Shown here one piece after another: positions 1 to 11,171 of a stretch of 22,257 bases of DNA. The notes under the pieces were generated by a model. That model was not told the DNA's origin. It searched no databases and was given only the letters and a program-made list of their open reading frames with translations. The position numbers and the translations under genes were made by a program. The stretch's first letter is position 1. Every line of letters begins with the position of its first letter. The stretch comes from Azolla caroliniana (taxonomy: Eukaryota > Plantae > Polypodiophyta), in contig JBHGNT010000504.1 in assembly GCA_043228905.1 (NCBI GenBank), forward strand, positions 1 to 22,257. Direction: 5' to 3'.

Positions 1-1839
1 ACTATGTTCATGTATGTGCACCCACACACTCGATCGTCTAGCACAATAGTATCACTTATGATGGTATTACCTATTTCACAAGTCCTAGTATGCAATGGTG
101 TCTGTATGATTCTCTACCTTGCATGGAAAATATATGTTTGAGCAATTTGGGGCATGTGTGTGCATAATCCATGACTTATGTTAATGTCGCATTCCATGTA
201 CAATCATGTAGGCGGATGTGTTGAATGAATAATCGTCATTTAAATCAAAATCTCTTCATGGACAAGAGATTTGGCCATGAAAGTGTGATAGAATTGTGTT
301 GTTTCTCTAGGTTGTAATACTACGGAAATTAAACATCTCTTGTAATCTCATGAGTTCAACTAGAGAAAACTTGCCCTCCTAAAGTTGTTAGGTGGCCTAA
401 ATTCCAACAGAAACCTTTGAACCTCGAAGCACTCTTCTCTATCTAATGATACCTCTTCCATATGAAGGTGAGCAATTTGGACAAACATTAGAACCTTTAT
501 CAAATACTAACGAGATTGTGCCCACTAGTAGAACATTCAATGATTCTTTGGACATTACCAAAGACATAAAGGTTTTTTATTTGAGCCAACACTTGACAAA
601 CACACGGGATGATGTTGGGGATGACCTCTAAAAGGTGACCGATCAAAAGTCGATCATTGTTTTGTGAGAAGTGGAGCATCTCTTGAGTATCTGTTTTTTA
701 ACAGTGAAACTCCATATATGACTCATTATCAAATATGAGGAATTCAATATGAGCTCTAGATGGGTTGATGCACTAAGTGATAGCCTAACACAAGCCAACA
801 TGGAGAATGTCAAAGATTCCTAGTACTTCAATTGTACCACCACATCATCACTTGTCACCTTACCTTACTCCGTCCCATTTGATGGTATAGTTGAACCACA
901 CAAAGTCGAAGAACCAAAGAAGCAAGTTGGTACAAGTCGCTTACACTCCCTTGTTGAGATCTTCTCTTATCATTCTTTGATTCACTTCCTTCATTCTTGA
1001 CTCATCATTGTTTGTTCCTTCACTCCTATTGTGATTCTACTTTTAGCATTTGTTGCTTCACTTCTTCTATCACAACTTGCTATTTCTTGGTTTCTTCTTG
1101 ATTCTTTCTTGACTTCTCATTTCTATTGCAAATTTCGTCTATCATTTGTACATTCTTGCTTTCTTCTTAGCAATTTCACTCTTCATTACTATACTCCTTT
1201 TTGTGTTGGTGTCGTTTAACAAGTGTGAAATGGCCAAATTGTCATTTTCCTAAAATAAGAAAAGTAAATATACTTAATGAGATTGTAGGACTAAATTAGC
1301 ATGATAATGCTTGTCAAATAGGCCACCAATGAATAAGTTAGTATTTCTTAATGGTGGTATAGCAACTCACCATGCAACATGTAGAAGCTGCTTTAATGAC
1401 ACGTTGTAGGAGGGCAATGCAAAACATGAAAGAAAAATGTGATAAACATAAGTAACTACTTGATTCCTCGTCTCCTTGAATGGTTGACTAAGCCCTTGAT
1501 GTTTCATGTATATTTTGTTCATAACAATTTATTTTTTGTTTGCCACACTAAGCCCGTGATGATCACTCAGTCTTCCCCCCACAATTGTGCCTTGGTCCAT
1601 GCAATGCATGCATATTGCTACTGTTTGTAAGAGGTTGGAACAAGGTAATTTGAGATAGGCCATTTCTCACCACATCATTACTATTCTCTTGAGTGTAGCT
1701 AGTAATTGGTCACCATGCATTTTGTTTGGTCCAATCTCTCTCATCACCTTTTGATAGCCTATTAACCATCAAAGCTTTGATTTGCTCTTTGTTGTTGTTT
1801 ACATTCCTCGCACATGTCATTCAAGACTCTCAACTAAAG

Positions 1840-2140
1840 GCTATATTGTTCTTCTTTCTGAGACAATCTAGGACAATGTGTTCCCAACCACCCCACAAAG
1901 AAGTGGACTTTCATCAAAGACAAGTGAAGGGATTAACTCTTGAGCATGTTCATTGATTGAAATCGAGGGTTTGTTTAATACTGAGGTGCTTATGCGCTCA
2001 TAACATTTTCTACTAGAATTACGATTTTAATATTCAAGTATAGGCGAGCATTCACTTGCCATATGCAAGTTTTGGCAATTAAAGCCTTGTATATCCAACC
2101 TCCTAAGAGGCCCCCATAGGTGGGCCCTAGTTTCTCAATG
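1840..2140 (-). mobile_element. Possible decayed LINE remnant within a TE-like region (1-2500)
   Basis: Minus-strand fragments GGLLGGWIYKALIAKTCIWQ (about 2116-2057) and WEHIVLDCLRKKNNIAF (about 1888-1838) loosely resemble the L1 motifs GGLG..KALLAKW.W and W..RN..F. No intact ORF. Confidence 0.25.
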
Positions 2141-2963
2141 TTCACTTTGCAATACAAACTTGGGAAAGATTAGTATCTCCCTAATAAACTTAGGATTGTT
2201 TTCTTTTTCCAATTTGGAAGATGATGGGGTTGATGTGCTATCATTTGATACAATGTTCTTGGACACTTTTTCATGAACCAATCCTTATATATTATAGCTA
2301 GATTAGTCCTTTAATCCACATTTATATGAATTCTTACATCAAGTGGTTGAGACTTTTAGAAATATATGCCTCCCCAACCAATAGACATTGTCGAGATCTT
2401 TCACATGAATGACCAAAATAACATAACTTCATTCTAAGATTGACAAACATTGTTACAAGACACTAGTAATTTAAGAATACACCGGAATCACAATTCACCT
2501 TGATCCCAAGTTTTACCCTAGAATGTTTTATCATCGAATTATGAAATCCAACACTTCATAAGATTTGGACAATGAATCGTGTTGGGATCATCAAAACTTA
2601 TTGCTTATTTCCTTGAAATTTCTATGTACATGTCGTCGTCTTGCTGAAATACACGTTCAGAGAAGAGGTGATGGACTAGAAAAGAATGTCATCGAGTTGT
2701 GCATATATATGTTTTGTTCGTGCAGTCGGGAATAACGAAGATTCTTCCTCCATTAGTGGGTTACTCTGCAAACAACATTAAGTAAGCTTTCAGAAATTAA
2801 CCACAAAGACTTGATAACCCTTGAAGCATATTAAACAATGGACCCCATACTACAGTTGATTTTGTTTTTCAATTTCCAACAAATCAAATTATTTATTTAT
2901 ATGGGCTTTACAGAAACAATAACTCCTGTATTTGCCAAAACACAAAATTTTTACAAGAGGAGA

Positions 2964-3099
2964 TTACCCTTTAGACCAACCGCCAGCATTTGAAGAGCCG
3001 TACGGACCACGAATACTTGGTAAACATTTATCGAGGTCAACCTGAGTACTCGGAGAAGGATTAGCTCCCTGAGATGGCTCACCCGGTTGCTGTATACAG

Positions 3100-3134
<35 letters not shown>

Positions 3135-4694
3135 CATATGAGGAAATAATGAATGGTATTCATGAATACTCCTTGTATATTAGTGATAAGACTACTTATC
3201 CCTACTAGCTTTCACAACTCCTTTGGCCTCTAATATTGAGATTTTGTTATCATATAAAAACTACAGTAGTTGTGACTTTTTTATATGGCCCCAATATGCC
3301 ATTTCTTTTCCCATATTAGGGAAGTACCAAGTTTTCTTTACTAACCCATGAATAGACCCGGTTGAAATCTCACTGTATGCTGCTCTATTTTAACTATATG
3401 CCATTGCTGAGGAATGCTGGGAGGGGCTGACCTTCTGGTCTCACCCAGACAACCTCACCAAATGTGCCACAACCATCTAGGCAACTGCTCATATTCACCC
3501 TCATTCGATCAAAGAGACTTGTGTTTAGTATTGGCGTACCGTGAAGGACAGAGACAACTTGACCTCGCCTTTGTATTTTCCGTTTGGAAGCTCGACAGGA
3601 TATGGTTTCATTTCTGAACTGCCACACCGCAATACCTCATCTAAAGGAACCCTGATTTATTAAACAAGAAAAGAACAAATTAATCATATTAACAAAGATG
3701 AATAAAACGCGCATATCAGAACCACCAATGAATCATATTCACAAGAGAAACAACAAATTATTCTCCATAACAAAAATGGATCACAATTAAAGAATCAATC
3801 ATAATTGCACGTGAGTCAAGATCACGAACAAATCGTAATAACAAATGGATCACATTAATAGCAAAAGAATCAAGGGAAAAAGACAAACGTGACTAGGCCG
3901 AGCTCGTCATCACGCGTCAAAAAATCTTCATCCATGACTTTGAGATATAAACTTGTGGTGACTTCCTGCAGCTGAAATGTAAAGTTTTGGTTCCAAGTAG
4001 GGTTGCTTCCTTGATCTGTCCAAAAAAGAGAAATATAAGGTTTTTTTTTTTTTTTAAAACCCACAGCCATCCATGATAGACTTGTAGCGATAATCCAAAA
4101 AGATATCCCACGTACCAATAAAAGAAAGAAAGAAAAAGTTGATTTTGTAAGTAAATAAATTAATTCCTAGTTATACATTCTTGAGCTTCAGGTATAAGTT
4201 ATAACCATATCCATGAAGTCCTCGCTTAGATGAATGGACAAAAAAACAATCATCACTGGAAGTATGGAAAATAAATAATAAACACACACATCCACCCACA
4301 CAAAATGCACGAATAGGCACGCTCTACCTTTAGGATTTCATATTGCAAAGAAGACACAGAATGCTATTGAAAGAAAGCATGAGAGATCAGATTAATGATA
4401 GAGAGAGCGAGAGAGAGGAAGGGAGGGATATATATTACTTTTGGCCACGCTGCTTTTCTTCTCAACGGTTCCACATTTGATTAACACGTAGGGGTCTGAC
4501 TTGGCTGCAGAGATTTGAAGAAATTAGGGGTTTCAAACAAAAAGAAAACTAGAGAGAGATGGCAATAATGGAGAAGAAGAAGAAGAAGAAGAAGAGCAGA
4601 TGATATATATATATATATATAACTCACAGAAGAAATCTCCAGCCTTAAGGCCACGGGCACTTTGAAGGTTAACCTCGAGGATCCCAGAAGGCAT
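2964..4694 (-). CDS. Small C2-domain Ca2+/phospholipid-binding protein, elicitor-responsive protein (ERG1/ERG3)-like, 165 aa
   Basis: Hand-spliced minus-strand exons 4694-4628, 4504-4439, 4015-3889, 3651-3540, 3089-2964, all with GT..AG borders and consistent phases (1,1,2,0). Translation: MPSGILEVNLQSARGLKAGDFFSKSDPYVLIKCGTVEKKSSVAKNQGSNPTWNQNFTFQLQEVTTSLYLKVMDEDFLTRDDELGLVTVPLDEVLRCGSSEMKPYPVELPNGKYKGEVKLSLSFTQPGEPSQGANPSPSTQVDLDKCLPSIRGPYGSSNAGGWSKG*. C2 hallmarks (DPYV, NPxWNxxF, DxD..DDxxG, Y-K-G-E-V-x-L-x-L-x-F) and the C-terminal GGW motif typical of plant ERG-type C2 proteins. A possible extra terminal exon at 2765-2753 would end the protein in KGVTH*. Confidence 0.92.
3099..3133. repeat. 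Compound (TA)n(GA)n microsatellite forming the polypyrimidine tract of C2 gene intron 4
   Basis: On the minus strand (CT)n(TA)n directly precedes TCTGTATACAG|, the acceptor of the exon starting at 3089. Confidence 0.9.
4572..4620. repeat. (GAA)n and (TA)n microsatellites in C2 gene intron 1
   Basis: GAAGAAGAA... at about 4572-4595 and ATATAT... at about 4603-4620. Confidence 0.9.
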
Positions 4695-4698
4695 GGTT

Positions 4699-4735
<37 letters not shown>

Positions 4736-4923
4736 GGTGCTGCTTCGTTTCTTTGGCGATGATCTGACAGTCTATGGAGATCTCGAGGGGCAGGGCAGGA
4801 ACAGAGTATGTGTTATGTCCGAGTCAACAATACTCATACAATAAGACTCTGTGTGTGGATTACTTACCTTTTAAGGCTTTATACATCACATTTACATTCT
4901 ACTCCTTTTTATAGAGTTTTTTT

Positions 4924-4954
<31 letters not shown>

Positions 4955-5290
4955 GTTAAGAAGGTGGAGCACACTTCTACACAAACTCAACCCCCATTCA
5001 TTTATTGTGTGTCTCAGACACACACAAACAAACACTCGTTGACCGACCCATAGTTGGCCGGCCCCAAAGACTTCTCCTCGCACTTGGAAGGGGAGGACGA
5101 ATTGGGCCTACCCACTTGCCCCATCACATCGACAAACCACTTTCCCCCTTCAAAAAAACTATCCCCCCCCCCCCCCCCCTCCCCCGTACATAATTGCATC
5201 ACATGGTGGATGACATTCGAACACGCCGGATCTCTCAACTATCCTTACGGATCCTCTATGCTCCCTCTTTCTCTCTCTTTTTTCTATATG
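4695..5290. promoter_or_regulatory. GC-richer, probably bidirectional promoter and 5'-UTR region of the C2 gene
   Basis: (CT)n at about 4702-4731 directly upstream of the ATG, T17-G22 run at 4917-4955, site II motif TGGGCC at 5103-5108, C17 run at 5163-5179, CT-rich stretch at 5261-5284 followed by CTATAT. CpGs are retained here, unlike the flanking TE-derived DNA. Confidence 0.5.
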
Positions 5291-5310
5291 CAAAAACCCC
5301 CTCGGTAGCT

Positions 5311-5428
5311 GCTGACCGATGATGACTGATTGATGCACCTGTGTAAGCTTTTCGAGCAACCCATTTCGCATCGAACCCTCTGAATGTGCATGTGCGCACT
5401 TTTGAATAGGCAAAGTCTTCGGTCACGC
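5311..5428 (+). ncRNA. Candidate box C/D snoRNA-like structured RNA
   Basis: Perfect box C ATGATGA at 5319-5325 and box D CTGA at 5380-5383. The 10 nt before box D (ATCGAACCCT) are complementary to the conserved 18S rRNA segment AGGGUUCGAU (recalled, not searched). TGACCGA 5313-5319 pairs with TCGGTCA 5419-5425. It lies downstream of a site II motif and a CT-rich leader. No family is recognised. Confidence 0.35.
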
Positions 5429-6249
5429 CTTTTGGTATCTTGCCCCTTCTTTTTTATTAGATGTAATTCCTATTCATGCTTGTTGACATTATTATAGCTC
5501 TGCGAGAGTCAAGCGCCTAAGTTTGTTTTGGTCTTCATTATTGCTTGTAGAGATCGTTTTCGTTGATCATGCCCCACATTTTTAGTCAATTTGCTAATTG
5601 TCCTAATATTCGACCGCGTCAACTACATATATGTATGTGAAGCCATCCACAAAAACATTAAGTCTCGATTTTCAAACAAATTATTTAAAGTGAGAACCTA
5701 TCTAGACCCCACATAATAGCTTTCATGATTCATAAAAGGTAGTTCCTTTTAAAAGTCAAGATAATGATCATCAATTTACAACTACAAGGGACTAGGTCAG
5801 TTTGACAAGGATCAAGTTATCTTCTCTCTTGATTATAATGGTGGAGTTTGACTTAGATCTTAGTTGTCCCTCTTAACCATTGATCAATCACTTATTTCTC
5901 CTCGTTATATGTTTTGTACCCCCTTTCTCTCTCTATTTAATCACAAAAATATTTCCTCTTTGTCTCTAAATCCATCACCTAACCTCTCTTTACTTCACCA
6001 TCCCCACTCTAAAACCATACAAAAATCTTCCGCAATTGAGCATCATTAATTTGATTTTTCACTTGTTTTATTGGAGAATGTGACACAACCGGTGTATTGG
6101 AGGAAATGCTTTCCTTTATGATCATCATGGTATAACAAATCACTTTCACAATTTAAAAGGCCTATGTTTGTGGCGATTTACAAATTTGCATATTGTTTAT
6201 ACTCTACAATATGATCACCGTAGAAGAATAACATAACAACTTACTTCTT

Positions 6250-6700
6250 GTGTCAATTGATCTTAGGAGTTATTCCCAACCTCATTTCTTACTTAGTGAA
6301 GTGCTCTCTCCAAGTTGAGGTCATTAGATCTGGTCATGCCTATTGTTGCCAGTATGGATTTGTAGAGTGTCAAACCATGTTTAAACTAACTAGGTTTTAA
6401 TGATTATCACTAAACCTATAACAACATTTACAGCCACAAAAATTTGGGACACATTCACTTTACTAGGTGACTTTATCACACACTTCATTTCATTAACCAG
6501 TTGGAAGATAATGAAGTTTATAATGATGACATGTTTGTATTACCTATCATACTTGTGCTTGGATGGGAGTTCTCTTCATTAGGGATCAATCTAAGCACAT
6601 GGTGGTGCTTAGATTTTGTCATCTTGCATCTTTTGCCCTTACTGGCGAAGTCTTTGTGGATTCTAAGTCAACCTGCGTGGTGCCTTGGTTGATGATCTTC
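6250..6700 (+). mobile_element. Probable highly decayed LINE (L1-like) ORF2 remnant
   Basis: Broken frames give LGVIP (about 6264-6278, like YLG.P), a HGG at about 6598-6606 (like PK..GGLG) and LLAKSLWIL (about 6638-6665, like ALLAKWLWRL), in the order found downstream of plant L1 reverse transcriptase domains. Many stops and frameshifts; CpG-depleted. Boundaries are approximate. Confidence 0.35.
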
Positions 6701-8459
6701 CAAACAGTGATTTTTTCAATGTCTTGAAGGGTTGTCTTTGACCTGTTATGGTCTAGGAGGTGTCTGTGGCATCAACTTATCTCTTGATCTACAATTTGTA
6801 TATCTCATATTTACTTTTTTCATTTTAGCTCATGAATACTGTTGTGCCTATTTAGGGGAACTTGTATTATTTAATACTTTTTAGAATAGGCGAACCAATG
6901 CTTTGGTCTATGCTCGAGCGTAGTTTTCCTCCTATTTCATTTAGGAGTCAACAACCTCTGTATACTTTACTTGGTGGTAATGGTGATTATTGGATCGAAA
7001 GATAATTGTGAAACTCATTCACATTTAGTGCTTGTCATCCCACTATGAAGTAGTTCTTCATTGCCTTTGAGAAGTATTTGTGGTGTAAGATATTGCTCAA
7101 TGCCACTCTTGCTTGTGCAATTGCATTACTAGGGGTTGTTGGTCACTACCTTTGATGTGTTAGCAAATAGATAAAATTCTTGATTCCACCACAGTCAACA
7201 AGTGTTGTTTGTGATTCTCTGCCATAATTAATGTTGGTTTTGACTCCATATGTGATCCTGACTCCACCCCATTGTTGTGTAATAATGAGCAACTAATACA
7301 TATGTTAAGTATTTTAAAAACCATCTACTTTTTCTCCAATTATTTTTAATATGCATTACAAAGATAGAATACATTTTATACTTCGTAATGTTTGTATTAA
7401 ATTTTAACAATTGTTTTTTGGTCAAATTATTATTTATTGTTAGGAAACATAAAATACTTAGAATACATTAAAAAATGACACTTCTAAAATGTAGAATACA
7501 TGTTAAATACTTCATAGTATTGTGGAACACATTTTGTACGTAAAATATGTGCTTTTAACAACGATGATCCACCTAGATGTTGATTATTCCAATCGTTGTA
7601 CTCTTCAAAAACAGAATAATTAACATAATAACATAAATAAACCTTTATGCGTTACCTAAGGACTTTTGGGTTCATCCATGTCAAACTAGAGGGTGAAATT
7701 TCAGAATGGTAATTATGATATTACATGGAGGTTGTATAGAACAATAACTCGGGCCTGGGTCTCCTAACTAATGGGAACGTAGCTCCTTTTTTGGTAAAAA
7801 CAAATAACTTGGGCCTTGGTGAATGGGTTTGGCTTCTTTATTGGTATTTCACTTTCATTTTCTTTTTACAAATTAGCATTATAATTGACCAGTTCAGTTA
7901 TTTGCGTAATGCACATACTTTTCCGCCATTTATTGAGTTGATTAAACAATATATATGTTTTGGTTTAAGTTCATGTTTAATGCTTGCTACTTCTTCACAA
8001 ACACCAACTTCTTTTGTGAAAAATCAATTCTAGGATTTATAAATGTTTATAACTTCCTCCCTTGTGTTTGACGGTGACATCTACTCCTTTGTTTCATTTA
8101 TTATTATGTGTGCTTCTAGATACTCCATGGAAGGTCGACTTCTTTTGGGATATTGACTCAATAACTTTCAATGAAACACGAAATTCAGTGATCACAAATG
8201 TAAAATAATATAGTCATACTTATACTTCTCCTTTTTTATCATTATCATTAGAAACAAGGAAGTTTCACATTAGTTAAAATAAAAGGCGACAAGACCTATT
8301 GTTGGTACATATATTGTCATTCTCAATTGCTTACTCGTCATTAGAGATTGGTTAGTACTTCTTACATAGTTTATTGCTTTTTTATCATTGTATAATCATC
8401 CCCCTCTTTGCAAATACATTATCTTTTCTAAAGCTTACGTATGATAAACCTCTCTCTTT

Positions 8460-8735
8460 GGTCTTGTACAACATGCATGGTGGATTTTATCTACACTTTG
8501 TATACATTTTATTCTTGATAGAATTACACTTAAGTTTGTTATGTTTTTCAACACATGTAACCAAGAAAATCCTAATCCATTACCACCAATTTGCTTCGGT
8601 CTTGTACAACATGCATGATGGATTTTATTTATACTTTGTATACATTTTATTATTGATAGAACTACACTTAAGTTTGTTATGTTTTCCGACACATGTAACC
8701 AAGAAAATCCTAATTCGTTACCACCAGTTTGGTTC
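8460..8735. repeat. 138-bp direct tandem duplication (2 copies)
   Basis: GGTCTTGTACAACATGCATG...CCTAAT..TTACCACCARTTTG begins at 8460 and again at 8598, with about 11 substitutions and no indels. Confidence 0.95.
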
Positions 8736-10739
8736 TTTTTTGTGCGAGGGGATCAAAACATATTTAAGGCTTATCTCGTTGCCCTTGAAAATTTGTTCAA
8801 TCCACCTGTTCATCTCAACATAGGTGATTTTAGGATCTATATTAAAAGCATGGTGATTGTTATGCAATAAATTAATAGTTTCCGAAAAAGTACTTGAATT
8901 TTCAAATGATCCATAATACCACTATTCTCGTTCCTTTTTCTCACTTGCTCTAGAAGTTATGATCAAGAAAAAAACATAAAGTTTAGTTATTGGGTTGTTG
9001 TTTTAAACTTGCAAAATTTAATTTTTTTGTTTTCATCCAATAACAAATGAATCTTTGAGTTACCAATTATTAGTTGGGTTCTCTAACTGTTAAGCCATGG
9101 ATGGTATCTATCCTATCATAACATTAATTTTGGTTTCAAAAGATTTGTATGGAAAGGCATTGTCCCAACTAGTTTGCCTTTGCAATAACCTAACTACATG
9201 TATACTTTCTTTGCGAGTTCATCACAACATTCTCATAATTAGCCCTTGTAACATTGACAAGGCAAAAGATTTAGCATTAATGTACAAAAAATGTTGATCT
9301 ACATGTTTGGAAAGAACATATATATCCATTTCATCTCATGAATTTCAATGAATTATTGAAAGGTTAGAATGAATATAAGGTCTCTTTCATCTTTTCGAAA
9401 GATTGTGTATTTGAAAGTGGGACTTATTCAGAGGCTATATAACTTGGTTTTTAAAACTCTAGTTGGTGGAGAAATACCTATGATCTGGTTGGAGAAATAT
9501 AACCACAAGTAGGACATAAAATAAGTCATGACCCAATTTTACTCTTTTCGTAGAATTTATGAAAGAATTTGTGAGAGGGTGTGTACAAAGACAAAACTTA
9601 TTCATCACAAAGCCTGAGATTGAGATCCAACAATACTGATTATTATACCAATAAATGAATTGTCCAAGGTTGATCTTATCTCTCTAAAGGAATTTCATGT
9701 CGCATTCACTGTGGTTGGTATCTCTATTTCCTAATAAGCGTATCTTATTTTATTGCCTTTGTTCTAACTCCCTTTATCTTATCTTTATCTATTGCGGCTC
9801 TAATTCCGTTTGTTCATGGAAATGTTTGGATCATGTTGGATATTTATTAGACCCAATGCACGAGGATGTACTAATCCAATACTTTAAGAGATTCTTGAAT
9901 TACGTAAATAAATATTTTTCTCCCTACAAAAGACAAATTAGATCCATGGATGATTTTTAGGGAAGCTTTGATTTCCCCAACAACATTTTAAGGAAGAAAT
10001 ACTAGTACATTAATAGTAATGAAGAACAATGCTTCCAAGAGTTTGTTGACTTTGAATTCTAATTATATGTTTTATTTTCCAATAATTTGAATTTGATGGC
10101 CATATTTCCCCTTATATTAGGTACATGGGACATATTGACCACTATTTTGAAAGGGTCACCATTGTATGTTATATTGTGGAAAAACATGTGAATCATCAAA
10201 AGTTGATTGGTATGAACACATTCACAACAATCCACGGCAAATATTAAAAAGAGTGTATAAAAGATTAAATGTTTGAACTCGTATTTTGCATTCCAACATT
10301 TTAAGTTGTATTCCATTGTTTGTTAACTTTAAAACAATCACGAATTTATGAAGGTGAAATTTTATTTAGGGATGATTCACAATAAAACAACTCAAAGACT
10401 CATGATCCATGGATTTAGGTCAGCTTCTTTGTTTCTTTGGGACAAGATTATATGCATTTTGCAAGCTTAAAGGAAATGTGCTAATTGATGATAGAAGCGA
10501 GGAATGGAATTTTTGGAGGAAAAGAGAAATACACAACCATGGAATGGAGTATGCATATTCTAGAAGCAAACCAGACACGCGAAAAAGATGACCACCTTTA
10601 ATTAGCACCTTAAACCCCCCCATAAACCCCTGTTTCTCCCCAAAGCAACTACCACATAATATTTTTCCTGGCTGCTTGGACAACTCCAAAGAAGAAGGAA
10701 GGTACGATGTCAGACTCCCAGAGAAGCAGAAACCGGAAC

Positions 10740-10905
10740 ACACACATGAAGATATATATATATATACAGAGAGAGGGAGAGAGATCGAGAAACTCTGCTT
10801 TTGGCCCACTCACAATCTTAACATTTGGAAGCGGACTATATGTAGCGTGTTGCTCCCAGCGATTTTGATTGTCTCTGGCTGAAAAACTTCCCATCGATCA
10901 AAGGT
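10740..10905. promoter_or_regulatory. Probable RPAC1 promoter and first non-coding exon region
   Basis: Site II motif (GGCCCA 10803-10808), (TA)n/(GA)n tract at about 10752-10784, local CpG retention, and a donor-like AAG|GTTAAT at 10903/10904. Site II elements are common in plant ribosome-biogenesis gene promoters. Confidence 0.4.
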
Positions 10906-10938
10906 TAATAATAGATGTAGATATCAACACAAACGCAT

Positions 10939-11171
10939 TTACTGACCTTTGATCTATTTTGGTCTATTGCTAACGTTTTATCATATATATATATATATTA
11001 CTGACCTTTGATCTAATTTGGTCTATTGCTAACGTTTTATCATATATATATATATATATTACTGATCTTTGATCTATTTTGGTCTATTGCTAACGTTTTA
11101 TCATATATATATATATATTACTGATCTTTGATCTATTTTGGTCTATTGCTAACGTTTTATCATATATATAT
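10939..11171. repeat. Four-copy 59-61 bp minisatellite with an embedded (TA)n microsatellite
   Basis: Unit TTACTGAYCTTTGATCTAWTTTGGTCTATTGCTAACGTTTTATCA(TA)n starting at 10939, 10998, 11059 and 11118. Copies differ only by C/T at one site, A/T at one site and TA count. Confidence 0.97.

Noticed and set aside
1345-1455. Peptide RAMQNMKEKCDKH resembling a hAT transposase MKxKFDKY motif
   Set aside because: Too short, bounded by stops, and no other hAT motifs or terminal inverted repeats were found.
4808-5413. Cluster of short poly-Gly/poly-Pro ORFs
   Set aside because: Artefacts of the G22 and C17 homopolymers in a GC-richer promoter.
5290-5456. Telomerase RNA, RNase MRP, U3/U14 or miR319 identity for the structured RNA candidate
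   Set aside because: No full CTAAACCCT template, no canonical USE+TATA promoter, only a weak likeness to MRP CR-I with no pairing CR-V, no U3/U14 conserved boxes and no mature miR319 sequence.
8374-8823. 149-aa ORF with an internal 46-aa repeat
   Set aside because: It starts at TTG and is explained by the 138-bp duplication in T-rich DNA. The composition (F/L/I/Y/H) is typical of non-coding frames.
10939-11171. CRISPR-like regularly spaced repeats
   Set aside because: The spacers are only (TA)n with no unique sequence, there are no cas genes, and the context is intron-rich eukaryotic DNA. It is a minisatellite.
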